This document shows positions 1 to 8,213 of a DNA stretch of 16,032 bases, in pieces. Numbering within the stretch: position 1 is the stretch's first letter; each line of letters begins with the position of its first letter. A model generated the notes under the pieces. It did no database searches. It was not told the DNA's origin and saw only the letters and a program-made list of their open reading frames with translations. The stretch is from an uncultured Candidatus Saccharibacteria bacterium (GTDB lineage: Bacteria > Patescibacteriota > Minisyncoccia > Spechtbacterales > HO2-43-30): the NCBI GenBank assembly GCA_964504205.1, contig CAZDDE010000018.1, positions 1-16,032 of the forward strand, written 5' to 3'. The translations under genes and the position numbers were made by a program.

Positions 1-3
1 TAC

Positions 4-53
4 CTCATAAATCTATTTTACTATGAGGTGGTGCACTTCAAACGTACATTAGC
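4..53. repeat. Terminal inverted repeat, left arm (perfect 50-nt reverse complement of 15983..16032)
   Basis: Read directly. 4..53 (ctcataaatctattttactatgaggtggtgcacttcaaacgtacattagc) equals the reverse complement of 15983..16032. Identity stops sharply on the inner side (54 vs 15982) and continues to the window edge on the outer side. The arm contains a hairpin, cctcata (3..9) with tatgagg (22..28). Confidence 0.9.
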
Positions 54-91
54 ATTGTATTCCGTTTTATACGAAGGGGGAAAGTAACGAG

Positions 92-631
92 ATGAAGGAA
101 GCAAAAAACCGATGGTCTTTTATAACAGAATTCTCCGGCTTATTATGTATAATGCTAGTACTATTTTGGAGTATTGTATGGATACTGCCTAATAAGTGGT
201 TTGGATTCGACAGCGTACTTGATTCGCGCGTCATATATTACGCAGTGGCTACGGGAATTATCCTAATAGCGCTGTGTGTTATTAACCGTTATAGTCATCA
301 CAGGGCTTTGTTACTACTGAGCGATGAAGAAAGAGAGAGCGTACTTAAAAGAGAAAGGCAGGAAAAGGAAAAAAATCGGGCACGGGAAAAATTATTCTGG
401 AAACACCTTGTGCTTCCAGTGATTATACTTCTAGTAATGAGTGCTATTGCACTTACTCTTCTTAGACTGCTCTCCTTCGATGCTGACAGTGCGCCGCACC
501 ATCTTGTAACATTAACGACAAGTATATTGCTTAGCTTCATTCTTATAAAAGCATTTCTGGTTCTTTATTTGAACGAGGACTTAGTTGCTGGGGAAAATTT
601 TCTAAAAAAATTGTTCCGCCGAAACAAATAA
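92..631 (+). CDS. Hypothetical small integral membrane protein (about 4 hydrophobic helices, central Glu/Lys/Arg-rich loop)
   Basis: 179-aa ORF with an ATG start. A G-rich SD-like stretch (aaggggga) lies about 10 nt upstream. Hydrophobic segments flank the charged stretch DEERESVLKRERQEKEKNRAREK. I recognised no family motif. Confidence 0.6.
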   Translation: MKEAKNRWSFITEFSGLLCIMLVLFWSIVWILPNKWFGFDSVLDSRVIYYAVATGIILIALCVINRYSHHRALLLLSDEERESVLKRERQEKEKNRAREKLFWKHLVLPVIILLVMSAIALTLLRLLSFDADSAPHHLVTLTTSILLSFILIKAFLVLYLNEDLVAGENFLKKLFRRNK

Positions 632-644
632 TCCAGAGGCCTTC

Positions 645-676
645 ACTCGCACTATCATGGTGCGAGTTTATTGTTT
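645..676 (+). terminator. Putative intrinsic terminator of the 92..631 gene
   Basis: 8-bp stem actcgcac (645..652) with gtgcgagt (660..667), a 7-nt loop, then a T-rich run ttattgttt. It overlaps the 3' end of the convergent gene 655..2169. Confidence 0.45.
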
Positions 677-2169
677 ATGACATTCCCAACCAACCCCAAC
701 GTTATCCAAAACATCAACCCTCCTTGCTGAAGCGTCAAGAAATAATGGTCATACATGGAAATAAATAGTAAATAAAAAGCAACAAATAGCAGACTGTACG
801 CATATACAAAACTAAGACGATCGTCTGACTTTTGCATATGAGTTGTTATATGTATTATATTGGGAAAATACGTCCACAAAACTTTTAACAAATGCTCCAG
901 GAGCAAGGCAACGAATAAGACGAATGCAAAAAATCCTAGCGTGCCTACTTCGCTCGCAATGAGTATAAAGATGTTGTGGACCGGCTGGTAAAGATATTCC
1001 GGCAGGCCGGGTTCTATTTGCTTAAAGTTATGCACGAAATTTCCTATCCCCATGCCAAAGAGGGCGTGCATGGGGTCTTGACGCACAGATTCTATGCCGA
1101 CTTTATTAAAGAAGAATCTCTCCTGAATTGCCGGCTCGTCATAAGAACTGCGAAGAAACCGCGACGACACTTCTGGCCAAGCCGTGGCAATAACCAATAG
1201 CCAAGATAGAATAAGCAAACCTACAAGGATTTTTGCCCTTTTTCTGTATTGATGAAACTGCTTTAGTAAAAACATCCCCGCAAGAAACAGAGCTGATATT
1301 AAAACAAGAAATATTATGGTGCCGCGGGAAAAAGTTAAGATCAACCCAAAAGTTAAAAGGGAAATACTAATCACATACACCGAAAAGAGAAAGGGGTCAG
1401 ACCATTTTTGCTCCACGCAAGGGGGAGACCTCTTCAACCCCCCTATTTTAAAAACTAATGACTCCCCCTTGAAATCGCAAAAATGGTCTGACCCCTTTCT
1501 CTTGATGCGTCCTTCAATAACAACCAAATAAAACAAAAACAGTAAACACAATCCCAAAAACCCCGCCAGCACATTCGGGCTTGGGAAAGTGCCGTACGCG
1601 CGGACGAGAAAAGAGCCATCTGCGCTCATGATATGCGCGACTCCTTTCATGTGTATCGCAAGAGTGCTTTCATGAAAAATTTCGAGGCCAAGCGACGATT
1701 GTTTGGCAAATTGCAGAATAGCAATGATTGACTGAAAAACTCCACTGGCAACAAAGGCCCAAAGTGTAGCGATAAGCCCTATACGTCCTATATATCTTAT
1801 TGTATAGAAAAACAAAAAAATAAACTCGGCCAATTTTATAAATCTGTACACGCCCACATTTATCAAATCTGCCTGCGTTAAGGAGACAAATGAAAAAAAT
1901 AATAGCGCAAGCAATGGCGCGGTAAGAGCAAGGCCCCTCCACCCCGCGGGGTGGAGGGGCCTTTTTAGTTCTTCGGGCACCCGCAGAAACCTCGCTATAA
2001 TAAAAATCGCCAGCGCCGCAATCAAAAAATCCGTAAAGTAGATAAATCCCGACCCCCACTCAAAAAAATTTTCCCCTTCCGCCGCTGGCCCAAACAAAAA
2101 ATGCCTTTTTTGAAAAGGAATCGAAAAAATCAGCGTAAGAAAAACAAATTTTTCTAGCTTCTCGAACAT
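655..2169 (-). CDS. O-antigen ligase/polymerase-like (Wzy_C-type) polytopic membrane protein carrying two in-frame palindromic insertions
   Basis: 504-aa ORF with many hydrophobic helices. The segment LILTFSRGTIIFLVLISALFLAG resembles the SRG-containing core of O-antigen ligase family domains. Its ATG overlaps the upstream gene's stop codon (TAATG at 2167..2171). Confidence 0.6.
   Translation of the reverse strand: MFEKLEKFVFLTLIFSIPFQKRHFLFGPAAEGENFFEWGSGFIYFTDFLIAALAIFIIARFLRVPEELKRPLHPAGWRGLALTAPLLALLFFSFVSLTQADLINVGVYRFIKLAEFIFLFFYTIRYIGRIGLIATLWAFVASGVFQSIIAILQFAKQSSLGLEIFHESTLAIHMKGVAHIMSADGSFLVRAYGTFPSPNVLAGFLGLCLLFLFYLVVIEGRIKRKGSDHFCDFKGESLVFKIGGLKRSPPCVEQKWSDPFLFSVYVISISLLTFGLILTFSRGTIIFLVLISALFLAGMFLLKQFHQYRKRAKILVGLLILSWLLVIATAWPEVSSRFLRSSYDEPAIQERFFFNKVGIESVRQDPMHALFGMGIGNFVHNFKQIEPGLPEYLYQPVHNIFILIASEVGTLGFFAFVLFVALLLEHLLKVLWTYFPNIIHITTHMQKSDDRLSFVYAYSLLFVAFYLLFISMYDHYFLTLQQGGLMFWITLGLVGNVINNKLAP
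1385..1503. repeat. Palindromic element inside a CDS: perfect 27-bp inverted arms (1385..1411 and 1477..1503) with a 65-nt spacer
   Basis: aagagaaaggggtcagaccatttttgc (1385..1411) is the exact reverse complement of 1477..1503. The spacer holds a second stem, caagggggag (1418..1427) with ctcccccttg (1462..1471). The element is open in frame on both strands. The minus-strand reading is KRKGSDHFCDFKGESLVFKIGGLKRSPPCVEQKWSDPFLF, and the plus-strand ORF 1316..1531 gives a mirror-like peptide. Confidence 0.85.
1930..1963. repeat. 34-bp perfect GC-rich palindrome inside the same CDS
   Basis: aaggcccctccaccccgcggggtggaggggcctt is its own reverse complement. It is followed by ttttag on the plus strand. 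In the minus-strand gene it translates as KRPLHPAGWRGLA. Confidence 0.85.
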
Positions 2170-2996
2170 TAAATCCTATTCCCCTCCGTATACAAATTAA
2201 ACTCTTCCTGCTTTACAATCAGCACATCCTTCCAATCGTATCCCATCTCCAGAAACTTTTCCGCCGTGGTTATCCAGTGTTTTGCGCCGTCGGGATCAAC
2301 GCTAAACACTTTGTAATCGTCAAAGCGGCGAATGAGACGATAATATTGCGGTTTTGTCGCTAGATATTCACTAAGCGTCAAGCCGCTTTCATGCCATTCT
2401 CTAGCCGTATCCTTGCCGATATAGCGAAAGTGCCACGGCTCATAGACATAGCCGGTTGTCTCTTCTTGGCCCTTCGGATAACTCATCGCAAAACCATAGC
2501 TCCAGGCATTTTCCGCAAGCCATTTACCCTGCGCGGTGTCCGCAAATTTCCAATTCAAATCTGTTTTTCTGTCGCCAGTTCCAAAATCTATAGTTGTTCC
2601 GAGCTGATGTTCGGAATGCCCAGCTTCAGCAGAGTACGTGTTGGCGTTGGGATCGCGAGCCGACCAGTACCCGAAAACTTGTTTCTGCTGTTCATAACTG
2701 CGATAAGCCGAAATAATCTTGAGCGGCGCGCCGGCTGATTCAGCATCACCCATCATTATCTGCAGGTGCTCGTAGACCTCTTGGCGTATGGACTGCCCTT
2801 TTGCGCCAAGTTGAGCAAGATCAACTAAGTCTTCTGGCGCGTATCGCTCAACAGAATTGTCTTTATTTATTAAATTTAACAAATAACTACCGTCGCGAAG
2901 AATCTTGGCGAGAAAATCGCCGCCTCCTGATGAAAAGTAAAACACCGCGACAATCGCCGCAACAATCAAGAAACTCGAAAAAATCCGCCCCCTCAT
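2169..2996 (-). CDS. D-alanyl-D-alanine carboxypeptidase, VanY/peptidase M15B family, with N-terminal membrane anchor or signal and a C-terminal extension
   Basis: 275 aa. The zinc D,D-peptidase motifs are present in order: SAYRSYEQQ, GHSEHQLGTTIDF and EPWHFRYIG. The N-terminus is hydrophobic (IFSSFLIVAAIVAVFYF). Confidence 0.85.
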   Translation of the reverse strand: MRGRIFSSFLIVAAIVAVFYFSSGGGDFLAKILRDGSYLLNLINKDNSVERYAPEDLVDLAQLGAKGQSIRQEVYEHLQIMMGDAESAGAPLKIISAYRSYEQQKQVFGYWSARDPNANTYSAEAGHSEHQLGTTIDFGTGDRKTDLNWKFADTAQGKWLAENAWSYGFAMSYPKGQEETTGYVYEPWHFRYIGKDTAREWHESGLTLSEYLATKPQYYRLIRRFDDYKVFSVDPDGAKHWITTAEKFLEMGYDWKDVLIVKQEEFNLYTEGNRI

Positions 2997-3502
2997 AGAA
3001 ACCTGACTATTATAACAGCCGCACTCTCTTCTTTCGACCAGATCACTTCACTTTTGCACCCCTTGTATGCCCTCTCGGCCTGCCTGGCGATATTGCGCGC
3101 CAACTGATTCTCTGTCGTCAGTACCTCTATTCTTGATTCTTGATTCTTGATTGTAATTATCCGGTCCATCGGATCTCTCTCAAATTCTTTCTTGCCAGTG
3201 TTTTCGACATTGCGCACAATCTCATCGCGCAACTCTTCTGGCACATTCTCAAAAACAACCTTGCCTTCGAATTTATTGTCCTTGATCATCTGGCACGCCG
3301 GGCAAATCGCAAAATTAACCAGTTTGTTCTCGGTTAAGTGCTTATAGTCCGCAAAGCCATGATGCCAACTCTTTTGATAGTACACCGCATTGCAGTCGCC
3401 ACAGACCACAAAATCCTTCCTGCCCTTGCTAAACTCCTGCTCTTCCTTCTTTGATTTTTCAATTTTTTTCCGGTAAGTCCCGGAAACAGCATTGTCCTTC
3501 AT
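2993..3502 (-). CDS. Zinc-ribbon protein, NMD3-like / BCAM0308-type family (function unknown)
   Basis: 169 aa. Two Cys pairs are present, CGDC...AVYYQKSWHH and CPAC, followed by a conserved-looking C-terminal domain. The family name is recalled from memory and was not searched. The gene overlaps both neighbours by 4 nt. Confidence 0.5.
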   Translation of the reverse strand: MKDNAVSGTYRKKIEKSKKEEQEFSKGRKDFVVCGDCNAVYYQKSWHHGFADYKHLTENKLVNFAICPACQMIKDNKFEGKVVFENVPEELRDEIVRNVENTGKKEFERDPMDRIITIKNQESRIEVLTTENQLARNIARQAERAYKGCKSEVIWSKEESAAVIIVRFL

Positions 3503-4647
3503 AGCAAAGTTATTATCTCATAAATACCGCCCAGTGCAAAAACGACAATAAGCGCCAAGATAACGAACCTTGGCAAACCCAGCGCGTACCCCGGCTCTTT
3601 ATCTCCCAAGACCCGCGCTTTTTGATATACCAACAGAGTAAAAATAAAAATAATCGCGCCAAAAACCGCGCCGGAAAACGAAATAATTTCAATAAATTTT
3701 TGGAACCCCAAAACAAAAAACGCAATGGGCACAGCCGTAACCAAAATCCCCGAAACGACCTTGTTTATTCGCCAATCGTATTCAAAAGTATGTTTCAGGT
3801 TACTCCCCAAAGCAAGATAGGAAGTTATAATCGCCAGCATGCCGAAAATCGCCCCAATCTTAACAATGCCCGGCCCAAGATGACTACTTAATCCCGCCAA
3901 GGCCTCTTCAGATGTGCCGACTCCGGAAACCCCGATCACTAAGGACATAAAAACAAAGTAGACAAAAATGGGAATGATTGTGCCCAAAATAATGGCGCGC
4001 TTGTAATTTTTTCCATCCAGTTTTAAAAGTTCGCGCATCTCCGGCACGGCGACTCCGCCGTCCATCGCAAAAATGATGACGCCGTACGGCAGAAAGAAAC
4101 TCGCTAAATTAAACCCGGAAAAATTTTCTGTGTTCACCTCTTTGATGCCAAGGGTAAATAAAACCCCTGTCAACAAAAGAAGCAAAGCGGCCATGCCAAG
4201 CTCCACTGCCCCGATCGTTTTTATGCCGCGCAGAATAAACGGCGAAATTACCGCCCAAAAAATCAAGCTCAAAGTAAAAGCGCCAATAGTATCGGCAAAG
4301 ATTAGTTCTAAGAATCTTCCGGCTACTATTATGTAGGCGAGCAGGGCCGCGTATATCGCAAAAATTATAATGGCGCCGATTGCCTGCTTGGCCCGCATGC
4401 CAAGATACTTCTCGATATAACCAGTCAGACGGTGTTTTCCTTTTGTGCGTTCAACTATTTCGCCAATAACAAGATGCACCAGTATCATCACTCCGCCAAG
4501 AAAAACGAGATAGATCGCGCCAACAAAAAAACCCGCCTTGCTAGCGGCGTACGGTATGCCAAACATCCCAAGACCAACAATCGTTCCCATCAAAGTTGCA
4601 ACAGCGAAAAGAAAATTTTTATTCATCTCCCCTTCTATCTTCTTCAA
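3499..4647 (-). CDS. Amino-acid permease (aromatic/hydroxy amino acid HAAAP-like transporter, about 11 TM)
   Basis: 382 aa and almost entirely hydrophobic helices. The N-terminus FLFAVATLMGTIVGLGMFGIPYAASKAGF is typical of Trp/Tyr-permease-type carriers. The start may instead be the ATG at 4626 (MNKNF), which is preceded by GGAG and overlaps the upstream stop. Confidence 0.7.
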   Translation of the reverse strand: MKKIEGEMNKNFLFAVATLMGTIVGLGMFGIPYAASKAGFFVGAIYLVFLGGVMILVHLVIGEIVERTKGKHRLTGYIEKYLGMRAKQAIGAIIIFAIYAALLAYIIVAGRFLELIFADTIGAFTLSLIFWAVISPFILRGIKTIGAVELGMAALLLLLTGVLFTLGIKEVNTENFSGFNLASFFLPYGVIIFAMDGGVAVPEMRELLKLDGKNYKRAIILGTIIPIFVYFVFMSLVIGVSGVGTSEEALAGLSSHLGPGIVKIGAIFGMLAIITSYLALGSNLKHTFEYDWRINKVVSGILVTAVPIAFFVLGFQKFIEIISFSGAVFGAIIFIFTLLVYQKARVLGDKEPGYALGLPRFVILALIVVFALGGIYEIITLL

Positions 4648-5182
4648 TTAGCTTCAGGGCTTTTCCGATTAAAGCTTTGGGGGAGGTGTCATAGACGATC
4701 CTTCCGGGGCCGCGGTGCATTTTAGGAATAAGCTCTTCAATCATATCGGCCGTACCGCCGCTCCCCTGGAGCACGCCGATCGGCTTTTCGTCTTCAAAGG
4801 CAATCGTAAACTCGTTGAGCGTGCCCATTCTGCCGCAACAAAACACGATGGCATCCGCGGCTCTTGTCAAAAGCAAATTTCTGCCGGAGTAACTAAAGCC
4901 AGTGTAAATAATCAAGTCAAAGTAATCAGTCGGCAGACGGTATTTATTCACGTGTTCTTTCACCGAACTTGCCGGAGACAAGCCAATCGAGATGCCCCCC
5001 TCCTCTTTTGCACCGATCGCCGCCCAGTACGGTACTCCTGTCGTCGCGCCTGTTACAAGAACCGCCCCTTGCCGCACAATCTCTCTGCCAAGTTCCTTGG
5101 CAAGCTCAAGAACATTTTCGTCGCAATGACTCGTCTCCGCCGCCCCGGAAACGCAAATTTTATACTTTGGAGTATAGGCCAT
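4619..5182 (-). CDS. TIGR00725 / LOG-like (SLOG superfamily) Rossmann-fold protein
   Basis: 187 aa. The pattern KICVSGAAETSHC...LAKELGREIVRQGAVLVTGATTGVPYWAAIGAKEEGGISIGLSP matches the LOG/TIGR00725 glycine-rich arrangement. Confidence 0.65.
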   Translation of the reverse strand: MAYTPKYKICVSGAAETSHCDENVLELAKELGREIVRQGAVLVTGATTGVPYWAAIGAKEEGGISIGLSPASSVKEHVNKYRLPTDYFDLIIYTGFSYSGRNLLLTRAADAIVFCCGRMGTLNEFTIAFEDEKPIGVLQGSGGTADMIEELIPKMHRGPGRIVYDTSPKALIGKALKLIEEDRRGDE

Positions 5183-5204
5183 ATTTCAATAATACCATAA
5201 ATAG

Positions 5205-6593
5205 TTATAGTTCTATACTCTCCCCAAGCATCGGCGCATAAGCGTCTATACCCAAATGATCGCGCAGAAGCTGGACTAGTGCCAACGCCGGACCTTCCTC
5301 GCCTTGCACAACGAATACTTTTTTGAGGTCGCCTCCTTCCTTGATATGTTTTACCCATTTACGCAACTGCTCCTGATCGGCATGCGCCGAGTATCCGCCG
5401 ATAGCGCGCACCTCGCAATTGACAGACACCTCCTCGCCAAAAATTTTGACGTTTTTTGCGCCGTCAAAAATTCTTCGGCCTAAAGTGCCTGCCACCTGAT
5501 AGCCGATAAATAAAATGGTGCTGTTGGGATCTTGAAGATAACGTAGCTCATGATGCATGATCCTGCCGCCGGTGGACATACCCGATCCGGCAATTATCAC
5601 CTTGGGCGGCGGCACATCATTTATTGCCTTTGATTCTTCGGTGCTAAGAGTAAATTTTAGTCGCGGGAACTGAAAAATCTTATCGCCCGATTCTATAAGA
5701 TAAGTCGCTTCTTTGTTAAAATAACCCGGATATTTTCTATAAATTTCAGTGCTTTTAATCGCAAGGGGACTATCTATAAATACCGGTACTTCCGGAATCC
5801 GGTGGTTTTCCGCCAGTGAGTTTAGTTCGTATAAAAGTTCCTGCGTTCTCTCCATAGCAAAGGACGGAATCATTAACGTGCCACCTCTTGTCACTGTGTC
5901 TTCTATCGCATCTTCTAATAAATTCTTGCGCAAATCTATATCTTCATGCTGCCTATCGCCATAAGTTGATTCCATCACCACATAATCGGCTTGCTTAACC
6001 AAAGTCGTTGGCCGCAGCAACGGCACCGGCGGATTGCCCAGATCTCCGGAAAAGACAACTCTAGTTTCGCGTTGTTGGTTGTCGACTGTGGACTGCTTGC
6101 TGATAAAAACTTCTACAATTGCCGAACCGAGTATATGCCCGGCGTCGCGAAAACGCACCCTAATATCTTCCGTCACCTCAATCTCTTTGTCATACTCGAT
6201 ACACGCGGTAAAACCAAGCGCATTTAAAACATCTTTTTTTGTATAGAGCGGCTTTCTCTTTTCGCGCTTAGCTTCATCGGCCATGAGTTCTTGCGAATCT
6301 TCCAGCATAATTTTAGTGAAATCGCATGTTGGCGCAGTCATGAAAATTTTTCCGCGAAAACCATCCTTAACAAGTTTGGGCAAGCGGCCAATGTGGTCAA
6401 TATGGGCATGCGTCACAAAAACAGCATCTATTGATGATGCCTCATAAGCAAATGGTTCGTAATTTTTTTCTTCGGCATGCCGCGCGCCTTGAATTAGGCC
6501 GCAATCAACCAGAACCCTGGACTTTTTAGTTTCTAACAAGTAATTTGCTCCGGTGACCGAGCGCGCAGCGCTGTGAAAAGTAAGAGTTGGCAT
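5205..6593 (-). CDS. MBL-fold metallo-hydrolase with beta-CASP and RNA-specificity domains (CPSF/RNase J-like ribonuclease)
   Basis: 462 aa. The HxHxDH motif is present (VFVTHAHIDHIGRL), with downstream Asp/His motifs (DAGHILGS, ESTYGDR) and a C-terminal GGYSAHAD motif. Confidence 0.85.
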   Translation of the reverse strand: MPTLTFHSAARSVTGANYLLETKKSRVLVDCGLIQGARHAEEKNYEPFAYEASSIDAVFVTHAHIDHIGRLPKLVKDGFRGKIFMTAPTCDFTKIMLEDSQELMADEAKREKRKPLYTKKDVLNALGFTACIEYDKEIEVTEDIRVRFRDAGHILGSAIVEVFISKQSTVDNQQRETRVVFSGDLGNPPVPLLRPTTLVKQADYVVMESTYGDRQHEDIDLRKNLLEDAIEDTVTRGGTLMIPSFAMERTQELLYELNSLAENHRIPEVPVFIDSPLAIKSTEIYRKYPGYFNKEATYLIESGDKIFQFPRLKFTLSTEESKAINDVPPPKVIIAGSGMSTGGRIMHHELRYLQDPNSTILFIGYQVAGTLGRRIFDGAKNVKIFGEEVSVNCEVRAIGGYSAHADQEQLRKWVKHIKEGGDLKKVFVVQGEEGPALALVQLLRDHLGIDAYAPMLGESIEL

Positions 6594-6633
6594 AATCTCA
6601 CTATATCATAATGCTCTTTATCAAGAAGTAAAG

Positions 6634-7245
6634 TTGCCTTTGCTTAATCTGATAGATGTATATAATAAAAACAAGATGAATTTACCAAAATATCTATTAT
6701 ACGTAAGAAAAGAGCTTGCGCGAAGAATGCGAACAAACATTATTGTCCCATGGATGCTTCCTGAAACTCGCTTAAGATTTTTTGAAGTTGAACCAGGAAT
6801 TTGCTATAGATCGGGACAACCGCGACCAAAAGATCTATCGTATCTTTTACATAAATATAAACTTAGATCGTTTGTAGTCGCTAAGTCCGAAGTTAACGAT
6901 TACGAAACAAGATTCGCGGAATTAAAAAACATAAATATACTTCACCTCAAATTTAAAAGAGATTTTTTAAGGTTTAAACATATCGTGCCTCCAGAAAAAG
7001 CTATTGGTGAATTTATAGAGTCGGCAAAATATATGCGGGGCAACATGCAGCCCTTCATAATCCATTGCAGGCGAGGGAAAGACCGAACGGGTTTACTTGT
7101 CGCTCTGTATAGAATTGAGGTCCAGGGATGGCATCCCGAACTTGCCTGGGAAGAGATGCGCTATTTTGGCCATGCAGCCTTTGTAAATGGAAACTCTTAT
7201 TTTAGAAAATGGCTAGAAGCGCGATATAGTATCAAATTGGCTTAA
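6634..7245 (+). CDS. Protein tyrosine / dual-specificity phosphatase (CX5R P-loop)
   Basis: The catalytic signature HCRRGKDRTG (HCxxGxxRT) is present. The ORF-track start is a TTG at 6634. An in-frame ATG at 6676 (MNLPKYLL), just downstream of a tataat at 6661..6666, is an equally plausible start. Confidence 0.8.
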   Translation: MPLLNLIDVYNKNKMNLPKYLLYVRKELARRMRTNIIVPWMLPETRLRFFEVEPGICYRSGQPRPKDLSYLLHKYKLRSFVVAKSEVNDYETRFAELKNINILHLKFKRDFLRFKHIVPPEKAIGEFIESAKYMRGNMQPFIIHCRRGKDRTGLLVALYRIEVQGWHPELAWEEMRYFGHAAFVNGNSYFRKWLEARYSIKLA

Positions 7246-7343
7246 TTAGAGTATTTTCCAGTCAAGATAAGAAACTGTTTCAAGTCATCTTTGTCCATAG
7301 TTCTGATGTTGACGATTATTTTTATGCCAATGAAAAATTTGCT

Positions 7344-8099
7344 TTACTCTCTGCTTTTCTTAATGCTATCTAAATAAATATCCAACGATCTCTCTACGGC
7401 ATCATATATAATGCCGTAATAATCCTCCATCTCTCCTTTCGTTTGTCCTGTTTCCAAAGAATTTAGATAGTCTTTGCGATCTTCTTTCCTGATAATTGCC
7501 GGCGGATAGCCAGACTGCTGGAGCAGTACGTTCATCAAGAGGCGCGCCGTTCTGCCGTTGCCATCTGCAAATGGATGGATGCTTACAAACTTAAAGTGCG
7601 TATCCGCGGCTATTTTTACGGAATGATCGCTGTTTTTGCTGTGCAGCCATTCTATAAGACCGCTCATAAGCTCCGGAACCTTTAACGGATTAGGCATTAT
7701 TGCCATAGAGCCGGCAATACGCACGGCGACACTTCTGTATTTTCCGGCATTTTTATCATCTATTTTTTGCAAAATAATTCTATGAATATCTAAAATAATG
7801 TTTTCAGAAATATCCTGTCTTTTTTTATCAACAAGACTTTTTATAAAATCCACGGCTCGGGCATGATTCTTTGCCTCAAGGTGCTCTTCGATAGTCTTTC
7901 CTTCAACGGTGATATCCTTTTCAATAACAAGCGCTGTTTCCTGTCGGGAAAGAGTATTGCCTTCGATGGCATTGCTCGTGTAAGTGAGCTCAACCTTAAA
8001 CCACTCATCAAGATTTTTAATAAGCTCTTCAGGCAACGGTCTTGCCGCATCAAGCTTTCGTTTTTTCTCGGTAAGTTGTCTTAATTTACCATCAGACAT
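7344..8099 (-). CDS. Fic family protein (AMPylase-type) with N-terminal autoinhibitory helix
   Basis: 251 aa. The Fic active-site motif HPFADGNGRTARLL (HPFxxGNGRxxR) is present. An inhibitory [ST]xxxE[GN] motif lies N-terminally (TSNAIEGN). Confidence 0.9.
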   Translation of the reverse strand: MSDGKLRQLTEKKRKLDAARPLPEELIKNLDEWFKVELTYTSNAIEGNTLSRQETALVIEKDITVEGKTIEEHLEAKNHARAVDFIKSLVDKKRQDISENIILDIHRIILQKIDDKNAGKYRSVAVRIAGSMAIMPNPLKVPELMSGLIEWLHSKNSDHSVKIAADTHFKFVSIHPFADGNGRTARLLMNVLLQQSGYPPAIIRKEDRKDYLNSLETGQTKGEMEDYYGIIYDAVERSLDIYLDSIKKSRE

Positions 8100-8213
8100 G
8101 TTTTATTCATAGCATAAATATCATCATTACACACGTAATTGCGAGTTTAATTACCATTACTGTTTTGCTTGTAAATTAGTGTCTGCTCAGTTTTGCACTC
8201 TTAGAATTCCGGG

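Noticed and set aside
1316-1531. Plus-strand 71-aa ORF containing KRKGSDHFC...QKWSDPFL
   Set aside because: It is a mirror reading frame created by the palindromic element inside the minus-strand 504-aa gene and has no independent coding signal.
1930-1968. The GC-rich palindrome plus T-run read as the functional terminator of the 92..631 gene
   Set aside because: It lies 1.3 kb downstream of that gene's stop codon, and a closer hairpin at 645..676 fits better. I kept it as an in-gene palindromic insertion with only a possible antisense-blocking role.
1670-2059. Minus-strand 129-aa ORF in an alternative frame of the ligase-like gene
   Set aside because: It lies wholly inside the much longer 655..2169 ORF, which has membrane-protein character. 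Its own translation is low-complexity and Cys/Arg-rich, which is typical of an off-frame reading.
4715-5241. Plus-strand ORFs of 161 aa and 90 aa antisense to the TIGR00725-like gene
   Set aside because: They are Arg/Pro/Ser-rich shadow frames opposite a gene with recognisable family motifs and have no start context.
7246-7343. Short minus-strand ORF (MDKDDLKQFLILTGKYSN) in the convergent spacer between the phosphatase and Fic genes
   Set aside because: It is only 18 codons with no SD, and it overlaps the phosphatase stop codon. There is no supporting signal.
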